Origin: Trichoplax sp. H2
Taxonomy: Eukaryota
Length of the DNA: 64,000 nucleotides
Assembly (NCBI GenBank): GCA_003344405.1
Contig: NOWV01000239.1
Location: forward strand, 1-64,000
Reading direction: 5' to 3'
The position numbers were made by a program, and so were the translations under genes. This document shows, in pieces, positions 41,801 through 53,680 of the stretch (position 1 is the stretch's first letter; the number at the start of each line of letters is the position of its first letter). The notes under the pieces are model-generated. The model made no database searches and had not been told where the DNA came from. It saw only the letters and a list, made by a program, of their open reading frames with translations.

Positions 41801-44800
41801 GCTGCAACGCCTCTAATTTAGATCAAATTATCGTATTATAAACTATTAATTTTATATATTTAAGTCTATTTCACTACCGTATTCAAAAAATAACTATCTA
41901 ATTTAGAAGCAGCATAAATAATATACTTTGTGAAGGCTACTATCGAGGATGTGAAAGAAACACAACATAAGTGAGAAATGTTTCGTAAATAATAAATTAG
42001 AAAAATTTCATTGGTTAGCTGCTATCCAAAAATTCGATTCAATATCCAGCAAAGTAACCCTAACCTCATAATAACGGCAAATTAAGATTGTTTTGACTAC
42101 AATATTATCACAATATTTAAATAACGTCCCTAGCAAATAGCTGTCCTTAAACTTGTCATACGTAAATGGAAGTGTAAAACTTATAAGAGTAAGTCATTGT
42201 AACGATTTTCATTTCTCACTACAGAAAAATTATTCCGTCATCAAATTAGTGATTACTGCTAGTATTAAATAGATATTTTGCATAGAATCACATTGTCACG
42301 GTACGAACTACCGTGAAGAAATAGCTATCTAAATTTGGTTAATATAATACAGTGATAATATATTACAACTAGTTACTTACAAAAGGAATTACTCTAATTA
42401 TAAATATGTTACAGTAAATTTAATGCTGTGCTGTAATGTGCTCTGAAATGATTCTGTGAATGGATATATTGTAATCCGACTGTGAAAAATTAGTTAGGAG
42501 ATGTTCTCAACTAAGTATTTTTATAAGAGGACTTGTGAATGTTAGCTGCTGTAGAAGGGTATATAAGCCCGTTCGATAATTGAATAAAGTAGTTCTCAAT
42601 TGTCTAGTTGAGTTTAACGTAGAATCAAAGGCGTCTAAATTCTTGTGAGTAGGAATACTGAATCCGCAGATTTTAAGAGTTTTAGAGATTTGTTTTACGT
42701 TATCCTTGTCACGAAGCTGGTTTGTGGCATACATAAACCAGACTAATACAACTAAAAATACTGGAATTTAAACTCATTAATTAATTGCACTTGTAACATA
42801 AAACCATAAATATCTTTGAACGAGTAACTTAAATCTAGCCTAATCTGATATAATAGTTGGATATTGACTGGATGAAAAAAAAGTTATTTTAAATTTTATT
42901 CTTGGTAATACATTTCATTAAACCATTCTTTATAGAATACCACTAAATTTTTTTATCTTTATTCAATAATGCTAGTACTGTGATCTGAAGCTAATTAAAT
43001 CTTTACGAAAATTATCGATTTCTACACATCTGCTTTAGTGAAGTTGTATCGGCAAACTTACAATACACGAAGATTCTTAAGACATCCCAGCTGACCTACA
43101 TGAATCATTTTAAGAAAATTTCCATACCCATTTCTAAAAGGAATGCGTGAAGTAAATTTAGCTTCTTCTAAATGATTCAAATATCATCATATAGATTCTA
43201 AATTGTATAGACAAGATAATAGATAAAGAATATTATTGCAGTAAGTTAATATAACAATACATCGTTTGCAGATTCCATAATTTGCAAAGCGAGTTCTTTT
43301 CTATCGACGATATTTTATTAAAACCAAAATGCCTGATGTAATAAAATAATTATTAATAACAGTTCAGATATAAGTAGTTCACGAGTTGCACACAATACAA
43401 TTTAGAATAATTTCTTAAGGTAATGTCGAAATTTATTTAATTTTACTATCAATCACTCTAATACATGTGAAATTACAAAATAAAACATGAAGTAATAGCT
43501 TTCATGTTATAAACGATTTTTAAATAAGGAATAAACTTACAATGTCTTAATTTTTAAGACTCGATTGAATGTGTTCATAGTAATGTTGGATAACGAGTTT
43601 CGATAAAGATTTCTGTATTTTTTATTAAAATCGTAATAAAACAAATTAAATGATAAGACTATCTGCTACAATACGCCACAAACATCAATATTGTTAGATA
43701 TGAAATTTCATTTGTTGCTCTTAAATTACACGCTAAAAATGTCTACACTAAGAGCAACTTTGATACGAAACATAAATACAATAGTAAAGCTATCATTTTC
43801 TTACAGATTTGAAAGTCTTGACAAGCCTCTAAATGCATTAGGCTCAATATGGCTAATCCGATTATCGCTCAATACTCTATGAAATATCGTAATATTTGAA
43901 TATATTCAGAATATTTTAAGAATAACATGACAATTATTCTATTAACAGAACCAGTAGATTTGTTTTGTAATTACCAAGAACAGCTTTGCAACAAAACGAA
44001 GTAATTTACAATCAATAAGTCAATTCCTTGAACCACGTATCAAGGAACGATATCTGCACTTTCAGTAACACTTTTACTCTACTAGCAGACTACATAAAGA
44101 CTTAGATGCCTCTTATTTTACGTTAAACACTTAGTTTGAGAATTAACTTTATGATACGATATACTGCATTTATATACTCTTCCTCAATAGTTCATGTGTC
44201 GTAGTTAGTACGATTAACTTTAGAATCATTCCCTAAATTAGGCATTAATTTTAGCTACTGCTCTCTAATGCATACAACAGTATTTACGAACATAGACATC
44301 TGATGATTAACACAGAATAGTCAGATTACGATATGTCCTATCACGGAATATTTCCACGATAATTTACAATCTACCTTAAGTAAGTTACAATTATAGTGAT
44401 TCGAACTGTAAGTAGATAATTCGCATTCCGCAAAGTAACTATTAATTTCAGTATATGTATAACATATATATATATGTCACAGTCATAAAAACCAGAGCTA
44501 TATTAAAACACAGTATATTCAAATTAGAATTTAACTAAATAAGGATAGGCTAACAAAATTATCCTAACACAGATATTTATACTCTAATACAGTATATAAC
44601 ACTGCCACAGTAATTAATTGAATCTCTGATTGTACTGGCACTTTATTATCATAGCCTACATAAATTTTAAATTGCCATTCTAAAACGGTATAATATTATT
44701 GTGCTAGATATTGCTTTATTGCATTTACAAGCATACAGTCTTAAGTCTTTATCTAAAATCATTTTTAGGAATGGTTATCATAAATATAATGTATATCTTA

Positions 44801-47800
44801 TGGAAATACGCGTATTCAAAATAGAATGTACATCCAAATAAAATTTAAAAATTTAATTTTAATTATCATATACTGTAGCAATAATATATGGTATAAGCAA
44901 CGTAGTTTAAGAGTTATATATCGTAGTTTAGTTTTTGTAATATATATTGAAAATTATCTATCGAAATATAAAGCGCCGTACCAAGCATCCTAGAGTAGTG
45001 TACTACATTGTTTACAGGACTGAACTAGAGTAATAACCAATTATCCCATACGTTTCTATAGGAGGTGTTTAATATTATATTATATTTTGTATTTACTACG
45101 TTATATCCCTGTCTGAATGATACATGAGAAGACATAGAATAAATTTTTATCTAAACTTTTCTTAACATTTATTCAGATTTGCCCTTTATCAAATTCAGTT
45201 TTATATTCTGCACTGTTTTAATTTATGTCGAAGAAGTTGTGTAGCTCTGTCGCTTACAACGTAGCTATTAATTTAAATAGAAACGCATTTTATTAACTTT
45301 ACGGTTTAGTGTAGTGATAGATTAAGCAACTGTATGTAGTTCGTGAAACTTAAGTGGATTCTGTAATTACTAATTATTTTACTGCAAAGTCTATATACCA
45401 TGTTTATAATCAAATTTATTATTTTAAATTATTTGAAAGACGTGACTTACAGATAAATGAGCATCCTTAAGCAGTAAAACATATATTCGTGTATGCTGTG
45501 GAGCGAATTGTTATCTAATAGTCTGAAAATAATCAAATTTTACGTTTATAGCATAATGATGAAAGTGTGTTCAGATTAGTAAATTTTCTTCCCATACAAA
45601 CTGAACAATGATGGAAGATGGCATAAAGCATTTGCTTCAATGGTCCTTATCAAGTTACCCTTTAGCGAACTATGAATGTAAAAATTTTATAACTTCTTCA
45701 ACAATGGCTAAATGAAACGATCAAACAGTGACTAAATACTTTTCGTAGTATTTGTAGCCATAATCCACATAGTAACATTCTACCTAATTTTACACACATT
45801 CAGACTATACCTCAGACCATTTACAATCTATTACGGTAACTACTATAGTACTGGCATAGACATTTTATCTTCTACGCAAAGTACGATGAACTAGTCATAT
45901 CCTTATCCTAATACCCATATGAGTTTCATATTTATTTTATTCGTAGTATCAATAGTTACTCAATACTCTACTGTATATTTATCTGTATTTTAACTTAGAA
46001 TCTTTAATTACGATCAACAGTTACAAGCTGTTAAAATAAAGCTTATGATAAACATAGAAAGCTACAATACCGTAAATCAAAATAAACAAGGCAAATAAGC
46101 TATAATGAAATACCGGTACTTATATGCGTTACAAACATTTTTCACTAAACAGTAACTTCGGACTATTTAATAGTTTTTCTAGAAGCCTTTCAAGTATTTA
46201 TATTCGGCTAGATTAGAGCTATCTTTAGGTTATTTTTAAATAATGATTTCAAAGGTTCTAATTTTTTGCGAATTTTGGAATTTCGTGATCAGATATGTCG
46301 TAAACATTGTCAAATTCTTTTATAATGTAGAAAAGTTATTAAAAGTTTTGCGTGTATTTTACGCATTGAAATTTTCTTACAGAGTTCGAAGGTTTCTAAG
46401 GCACGCGAAATCGTTTTTCTTTATAATATTTAATCGATTTTTATCTAAATAGCTAATGATAAATGCTATAATCAATAATTATACAAGATTAATTACATAA
46501 AATTCAACTAATTCCATATTATTTAGTTAAATCTTTTAGCGAATAGCATCCAAAAAAAGCTAATACTTACAGATATCTCAGATAAGGTAAAGTACAAAAC
46601 GCCATCGGAGTAATACTTGAAATTTTATCATTCATCAGCTTTCTGTAATTAAAAGTATAGCATTATTTAAGATAATTTCTAATTGAATAAATAACTTTAA
46701 TATTTGATAGCGTAGCAATTTAGTGTTAACTGTGTGCAGGAAGTAAATTGGAAAACATTACTTACTGCAGTAATAAAGTGCAATACATGCAAGTTCGAAG
46801 TACGAGGTAAAGGTAGCTTAAAGGATTTTAGGTAATACTAATAATGACTTAATAAAGACTACGTAATAGCTTTTTCAGTTGATTACAAAAGGAGGAAATA
46901 TATTTATTGAGTAATCTGTGCCTTAATTTGAAATCTATAGCAAGATCTTTTAAATTTCAATCGAATTTAAATTGGTAAGTACGGGATTCTAAACTTTAGG
47001 ATAACGTTAAGGCTTGAATACAAAATTAGTGTTACTTTTCAATTTTTGTGCAATTGAAGCTATCTTGCAAATTTGAGCCCTAAAAAGTTGTACATCATCT
47101 GCTAATAGTATTTTTTCATGGTTTCCTTATTTAATGTTAATGAAAATATTGACGTTAATCATTTTAAAAATTTAAGTATAGCGTGATAAAGCGAAGCGAA
47201 ATTGGTTTAGAGCGTTCAATTGTGCTTAAGTTTTACTTACAAAGTTACGAGCTTAGGATATCTAGTAATCGTCCCGTTTGAAATTGTCATAATACTACCG
47301 AATTTAATATCCCTAGAAGATTATGAAGTAAAATTCAGTAACTATTAAGTTAATTGACACAGGCGCTACAATTTACGAAAACTTGAATGAATAACTATAG
47401 TAGAGATAATCGCCGTATTTTAAAATGGAGGAAAGTCTAGAGTTCTACTTCTACTAGAGCTAGTGCCAATAAAAATAGACTAGGAGAATATTCATATCTA
47501 ATTGCTAAAGTATTCGAGGCATGATTTCTGTCACTCTCAAGGTTCGAAATCTACTAGCTGGAAATTTGCGTCATTAATACAGTGAAAATATCTTATAAAT
47601 CACAAGTACCTTAACAACACCCTTAACTGTATACTTCATTTTATTATTGCTAGCTGTTTGTATGATTTGGGCGTTTTACTAAATCATGTAAAAAGTTAAC
47701 GAACTTAAATTGGGTAATTGTGTCGTATAATGTAGCCTTCCTAGGTATTTCTACGATATTACTTTATATATAAAATTCTCAGGTATTTAGCAAATGGATA

Positions 47801-48910
47801 TTTTTCGTTATAAGGATTTGTAAAGGAAGTTTTGGGCGTAACAGATACTGTGAAAATCTTATTTCTCAAACAATGCTATGCTTTGTTCTATCCATAAGCT
47901 CACTAAATCGAAGGCTCAGACTAAACACGGAAGACTGCATCTTTGGCTAATAATTTCTTAGCCTGTTGAATGATATATGTTCGATTTACATTATTATAAT
48001 TACTTTCTAACGTTGCATTTAGTGATGTTACAAGAGCTAACTAAATAGCTGCAATTTTTACCATCATACTTTGAAAATATGCAGCTACCATTAGCTGATA
48101 GTACTGCATTCCGTAGATATTACATAGATTTACTATAACCTCCAGCATAACTTATTTACATTATCAAAAACAAACATTTTGACTGATAGTTTTTAATTAA
48201 TTTTATCTCACTTCATAATGATAAAGTATTTTATTGAATAGTATATTGATTATTATACCAATTAATTTTAAATGCAGAACGTATCGTTTTCGCTTAATTA
48301 TATATGAGAGCATTTATTAAATGTTACAATTTTTTTGTAAAACTAGCCTACATTGAAGTGATATCCCTCGTTGCGTTGGCTAAATCAGGAATTTGAGTCA
48401 GATCGTAACTACGACAAAAAATTGTACTAGTACTGCAAGAACAGTATTTCGCACATGGATAAGCCATTCCTTTATTCATCGAACAAATTATTCGTTAATA
48501 TGTTGGTACACGTTTTATAAAATGCTGGTAATGTGCTGAAGAATTTAGAAGATTTATATACTCTTCATATAGCTTACTGTATATTTATTTACGTAGAAGT
48601 TAGTGTTTATTCTAGCTAGTTGTAATCACGAATAAATAGCAGTTTGGTCACATATTATTATTGGTGCTAATTTATTTTTCTTAAATGAGTACTCTTCTAT
48701 CTTCTGTAAAGTATACTCATTATTAAGCAAGCACTCTGATAAAATAATACTGATTTGATACCAGCAATTTTAACCAAATTTAAAATATCTTGTCATATCA
48801 AACTGCTGATAATATCTGCATGACCAATTTACTTTCTCACCTGTTGATGCAGCTATAAGAATCCATAGTATCAAAGCAGCTAAGATATTCTTTTGGCATC
48901 CAAAGTACAT
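16705..48910 (-). CDS. Giant leucine-rich-repeat GPCR (LGR, RXFP/GRL101-like 7TM), ~1425 aa, 42 single-LRR exons
   Basis: Signal exon 48841-48910 (MYFGCQKNILAALILWILIAAST); uncertain exon 2 within 47705-47962. LRR exons (plus-strand coordinates): 47241-47312, 46571-46642, 46381-46452, 45598-45669, 45451-45522, 43805-43876, 43541-43612, 43062-43133, 40386-40457, 40139-40210, 39129-39200, 38787-38858, 37861-37932, 37702-37773, 36243-36314, 35912-35983, 34866-34937, 34610-34681, 34310-34375, 31807-31878, 31054-31125, 30431-30502, 28103-28177, 27857-27919, 27565-27636, 27396-27476, 27108-27179, 26236-26307, 25197-25271, 25012-25083, 23158-23226, 22950-23012, 22771-22833, 21370-21441, 21190-21273, 21015-21074, 20254-20334, 19257-19328, 19026-19103, 18782-18853, 18495-18569, 18292-18363. 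Terminal exon 16705-17806. All LRR exons are AG/GT-flanked, phase 2-2 and stop-free. That they form a single transcript is inferred. Confidence 0.8.
21825..22440 (+). mobile_element. Solo-LTR-like element, family B (LGR intron)
   Basis: TGTTAC...GTGACA, TSD CTCTT. Confidence 0.85.
24281..24929 (+). mobile_element. Solo LTR, 649 bp (LGR intron)
   Basis: TGTGAC...GTGACA, TSD CTTAC, TATAAAA 24624-24630, AATAAA 24773-24778 (U3-R-U5 order). Confidence 0.85.
28345..28787 (-). mobile_element. Solo-LTR-like element, family A (short subtype)
   Basis: Reverse complement of 63195-63636; TSD GCAAA/CCAAA (4 of 5 match). Confidence 0.85.
33769..33844 (-). pseudogene. Decayed LRR pseudo-exon
   Basis: AG/GTGAGT-flanked, 76 nt, begins YLSK and ends NMIALRT in another frame; stops in all three frames. 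Confidence 0.4.
34520..34579 (-). pseudogene. Decayed LRR pseudo-exon
   Basis: Intact GTGAGT donor after KLLIL; upstream NAF(D)KL recoverable only with frameshifts. Confidence 0.35.
38107..38463 (-). mobile_element. Truncated family C LTR-like repeat
   Basis: Begins TGTCACAAAACAGCTTTGCAACA; near-identical to 43979-44328. Confidence 0.7.
41099..41719 (-). mobile_element. Solo-LTR-like element, family F
   Basis: TGTTAC...CTGACA, TSD ATAAG/ATTAG (4 of 5), minus-strand TATA at ~41280; colinear similarity to 56200-56829. Confidence 0.7.
42294..42729 (+). mobile_element. Solo-LTR-like element, family A (short subtype)
   Basis: TGTCAC...GTGGCA, TSD CACAT/TACAT (4 of 5). Confidence 0.85.
43972..44464 (-). 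mobile_element. Family C LTR-like repeat
   Basis: Matches 38107-38463; its distal part (44320-44452) matches ~63045-63188; TSD not resolved. Confidence 0.65.
45734..46330. repeat. Degenerate dispersed repeat family
   Basis: 45734-45900 resembles 52471-52740; 46175-46290 resembles 37222-37340 and 51573-51680. Confidence 0.5.
47705..47962 (-). pseudogene. Decayed LRRNT/first-LRR exon (exon 2) of the LGR
   Basis: The frame set by the signal exon reads G*EIISQRCSLPCLV* (TAA at 47958-47960, TGA at 47916-47918). Further on YLRILYIK / SNIVEIPRK..TITQ needs a frameshift, and the expected donor reads tt|taagtt (G missing). Confidence 0.55.
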
Positions 48911-51779
48911 ATTGATTGTTAAAATTTAGTAAATCAATATAATCCGAAATTGATTTTCTTTAAGAATTAGAATAAAATTTAAGCATCAAAACTGAACCTA
49001 AATTATAAGTATCTTTTCTATTCATGAAATTTTCACTTAAATTGCTTGTTTGAAATGAAATGAGCTAAATCACTTTATTTTTTAATCTGTGATTCTCTAA
49101 TTTTCACATGCGTTAACTAGTTGGTCTAATCTTGGCATTGTATGAGATTGGTAAAAATATGGTATCTTTATAACTAAAATTTAAAGAATATTTTAAATAC
49201 TGGCAGATAGCTTAGTAAAAGGAATTTATCTTTTTAGAGGAAAAAGCTCAGATAACTATACTGACGAAGAAGCAAATTTCATTCTGTTCTTAAAACGTAA
49301 GGTAATAATAGGTATCATATAGTACTGATGCTGATTACATATAACTATACTGCAGTTGAATACAAATTTTTTATCTTATTAATGAAGTAAAAGAATTCAA
49401 CTACCATATTTTTCTTTACTTGTAAGGTCATATCGATGACTTTCGATTCATATACTTTAATAAAGGTCTTATGTAACCGTAGTTCGTCTTTTACTTTAGC
49501 AAGAGTTGCCAAAAATTTGTTTGCAAATTTCGAAAATGCGTTGCAATTTATTCAATGTTATTTAATACTTAGGTAAACGACACGTGAAATATAACTGAAA
49601 AACCAGAATTGAACCCTAAAATTAAGTCTGCATTCACTGACTGTAGATCTCCAGGTAAAACATATGATGGAGTCATTAATTCGATTAAATCTATTATGAT
49701 CTTCAGTAAAAACTAAAAATGATATAAATTATACCTATAATAAATCTTGCTTTAATTTTACTTGTAATCTTTTAGTGCAAGAGGAAAAACTGAAGACACT
49801 GCTGAATCGCAAAACTAATAATATTTACGATTTTTTTTAAGTTTAGATAATAATATGTCATATGGTACTAATAGCAAAGAATGGTATAGCTTAATTAAAT
49901 TAGAAACTAAGGATGGTGTTTCTTGAAGATCGTATGAATCACTTTCGAGACTGAAAATTAGCATCGATTTTGGTATTTTTATGCACATCAGTTTTACTCA
50001 AGCACTGCAAGTTAAAATGCTTGGTATACGCGTATTTCCTGTAGGTTGTAGATTATGTACTGTGTATTTACTGTATTTGAGCTTTATATCTATAATATTG
50101 CTACAATAGGGTAGAATGATGTAGAACTATACCTTCATAGCTGTTACAAACGCACTAAAGGAGATTTTAATTTAAAATAACTAGTATGCCTCGATAACTC
50201 CTAGGATTAATTTCCAAAATTAGATTGAACCACCAATTATAATAAACTTATTCAAATTAATGATTTCGAACTGGAAAAGATAGTCCTTTAAGCGATTTAG
50301 ACTCGGCTTATTCCGTCTGTCAGAAAAAGAACAAAATAATTCTCTCATTCAGTTTTAAATATAGCTGGAAAGTTTTTAAAATAAGTCAGATAGAGATTTT
50401 ATTACTATATATATATATCAATTAGTTTAAATATTGTATTCTAGGACACGTAGAATGAACTTTTTATTTCAGATTTGAGTGAATTTTTAACAAATGTTTC
50501 CAAAGCTAATCTACTATTTTCAGAGAATGATTAATTAATTCTCGACCTTTCGATATCTGCCATCAAATTCCATTCATAAAATTTACATTTAGTGACGGTC
50601 CACAACAAAAGTGGGATACAAATACAAGTAAAGTAATGCTAGGCAAGATTATCTAATTTGCTAGTACCCTCGATTCTAATTACATTTAGATAAGTATCAC
50701 GTTAGTAAAGGTTAGCTGGTCTCAACTTATCAGTATTTAGGTGCGATACCATAGAATTTTACGTTAAGGCTAGAAACAGCATGTAGCGATACTATTAGAT
50801 GAGTTATTTTTGTCAACTTCTATGTAGAAGTACGTAAACTATATAAAACTTAAAAGTAATACCACATCTATAAATGTCAACAATAATAGGTATACAGTAT
50901 ACGAGCAATGTCTATGATAATGCAGGGATATCGAATTCAGCTTCGTAGAATAAAATACTAATTGAATTTCGTTCTCTTACTAAATTTTATAACTGTAAAG
51001 TAAATCTATTTGCAACCATTATGTTATAAACAAGTTTGGTAACATATTCAAGTAGCTACGCTTATCTATCGTTGTTGCTCTTAGTCTTTCTTTACGGACA
51101 GCTCTATTTTAGTGTAATGTAAGTTAGTATTGTTATTGTAGACTGTTCGCCATGTTTAGTATAATGTACGGTAGCGTAACTTCTATATTTATTCTAAGAT
51201 ATATTTGGTAGCCATAACTAAAGACTGTAGTGGTATAGACTCTATGCTAGAGTACAGATGACTATATGCAGTAATATATGTTGACTTATTAATAAGGTTA
51301 TAGGTAAAAATAGAACTGTAAATCATATATTACGATATAGTTCATTCATTGTACTTTGGCTGGTGTGAATAATGTCTACATAAATACTGTACTCGTATCC
51401 ATATCGGATTAATGATGGTCCGCAGTAGAATAGTGTTACTAAGAATAATGTAACTATGTATAAAATAAGGTAAGTGTATAAAATAAGGTAAAAGGTTGCC
51501 GTGCGGATTGCAGCTGCGAATGCTACGAAAAGTATAAAAACATGCAACTTTAGATTATTCTGTTAGATCGCTGTAGAAGTCTTTAGTAGTAGTATTCGGC
51601 TAGAGTAGAGCTGTGTGTAGTTAATCTTTGTATAAGATTCAATAAAGCCCTTTTTTTCTAAAATTTGGAATTTCGTCTTCGGTATATATCACATCTAGCA
51701 AAATATAACTATTGTAAACGAGTTCTAGATAGAACTGCTAAATAATCTAAAGTTGTCAGCTTATACACTTTATGTAGCA

Positions 51780-52115
51780 CTAGTGCAAACTCCCGTCGCT
51801 TTGCTGACGGTTTACGATAATGTGCTCATTTAACAGGTAGTATTACCATTTGTCGTAGACCTGTCAGGGGTTCAGTAACTTTATACCGTGTACTGTGTAG
51901 TAGTAGAGTGTATGACATATACTGATATACATACCGCATTTCTCTAATCTTATAGTAACTCTCCATTTTTAGCTATGTGGAACACTCTTACCCACTCATT
52001 CATACTGTATAATATATATATATTTATATATTAGTGCAAGCTCCTGTCGCTTTACTGACGGTTTACGATAATGTGCTCATTTAACATAGGTTCAGTAACT
52101 TTATACCGTACCGTG
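51780..52115 (-). mobile_element. Non-autonomous Helitron-like insertion with duplicated 3' end
   Basis: Minus strand ends ccgtc-agcaaagc-gacgg hairpin + ~10 nt + CTAG|T; second degenerate copy at 52031-52086; empty A^T site at 52474/52475. Confidence 0.65.
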
Positions 52116-52267
52116 TATACTATAATTTAAAGTGTTCATACATAGTACCTGTGTTATTTACGTTACTGTACAGTCAAGACTTTTGATTATTAGTAACAAT
52201 AATTTATAGCGGATCACCTATAATCCAATATGACAACTGCTACAGTATTGGCACAGAACTTATTTCT

Positions 52268-52287
52268 NNNNNNNNNNNNNNNNNNNN
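52268..52287. other. Assembly gap (20 N) flanked by duplicated sequence
   Basis: 51592-51779 matches 52288-52474, and 52118-52267 matches 52554-52703. Confidence 0.95.
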
Positions 52288-53585
52288 GTATTCGGCTAGA
52301 GTAGAGCTGTGTGTAGTTAATCTTTGTATAAGATTCAATAAAGCCCTTTTTTCTAAAATTTGGAATTTCGTCTTCGGTATATATCACATCTGGCAAAATA
52401 TAACTATTGTAAACGAGTTCTAGATAGAGCTGCTAAATAATCTAAAGTTGTCAGCTTATACACTTTATGTAGCATTTCTAGCTATAATCCACATAGCAAT
52501 ATTCTACTTAATTTTATACACTCTAGGATATACCTCGCTTGTTACACTTCGCGTACTATAATTTAAAGTGTTCATACATAGTACCTGTGTTATTTACGTT
52601 ACTGTACAGTCAAGACTTTTGATTATTAGTAACAATAATTTATAGCGGATCACCTATAATCCAATATGACAACTGCTACAGTATTGGCACAGAACTTATT
52701 TCTTCCAGACAAAACACGATAAACTAACAATATCGTGATATATGTGTTACTGTGATAAAGTGTTGTAATGAAATGAAACGTGTAGAAACCAAGCTACTGA
52801 ACTTCTAACAAACTTTGATTCAACTTTCTTTGCACTCAGGTCAACTTAACAAAACTTTGACAAAAAATAAAATTTTGGGAAACAACCGATCAACAATTTA
52901 TTAAGAAAATGTGAGAGAGTCTAATTAAACAACCTTCCAAATACTTAATTCTAAGTATTATAAGTAGAGAAATAAAAAACTGCAGAATTGAAACTGTCAA
53001 CAATCACACAACCTAACAAAAAGAAGAACGTTTAAACTTACAACAGTTCGACCCCGAAGGCCTTTAAAATTGAACAAGTTCTTCAAAAGAATCTTTTGCT
53101 CTCAACTCTAAATTTTCTGATTACTTTATCATTTATAGGCTTCGCAGAGCCCTCAGTGGTACTTAAAACTTAATATTTATTAACCAATCACTCTTAAATT
53201 AAAAACCTTTTTAGAAAACTACTTTGCACCGCTTTAGAAAAAACAAAAATTATTCAAAGTTCAGACACAAATTACCTTATGATTCCCATATAAACACTAT
53301 AAAACCATCAAACTAACTATGAAATACCTCAAGCTTTACTTCTAACTTAATTTCCAATGATAATACATTACAAATGTCTAAAAATTAATCTTTAAACATC
53401 AAGGTTTAGTCATAAAAATAACAGCCTAACTACTTAGCAATCAACACAACCTCAGCCATTTGCCATCTTTTTTTTCTATTTTCTCAACTAAACTTTCCTA
53501 CTGTAACTTTCATATCTCTTCATAAAATTCCAAAGTTTCAAATTCACAACAAAAAGTTCACATTTCAAAAGCTAATATCAACTCA

Positions 53586-53680
53586 AATCACTAGACATTT
53601 TATAAAATCACTGGGCATTTCATAAAATCTCTAGGTATTTCATAAAATCATTAGGCATTTTATAAAATCACTTGGCATTT
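53586..53680. repeat. Minisatellite, ~5 x 20 bp (AAAATCACTAGGCATTTTAT)
   Basis: Direct inspection; partial inverted copy AAAATGCCTAATC at ~53718-53730. Confidence 0.85.

Noticed and set aside
53586..53680. CRISPR-like array
   Set aside because: Contiguous tandem units with no unique spacers, in eukaryotic DNA
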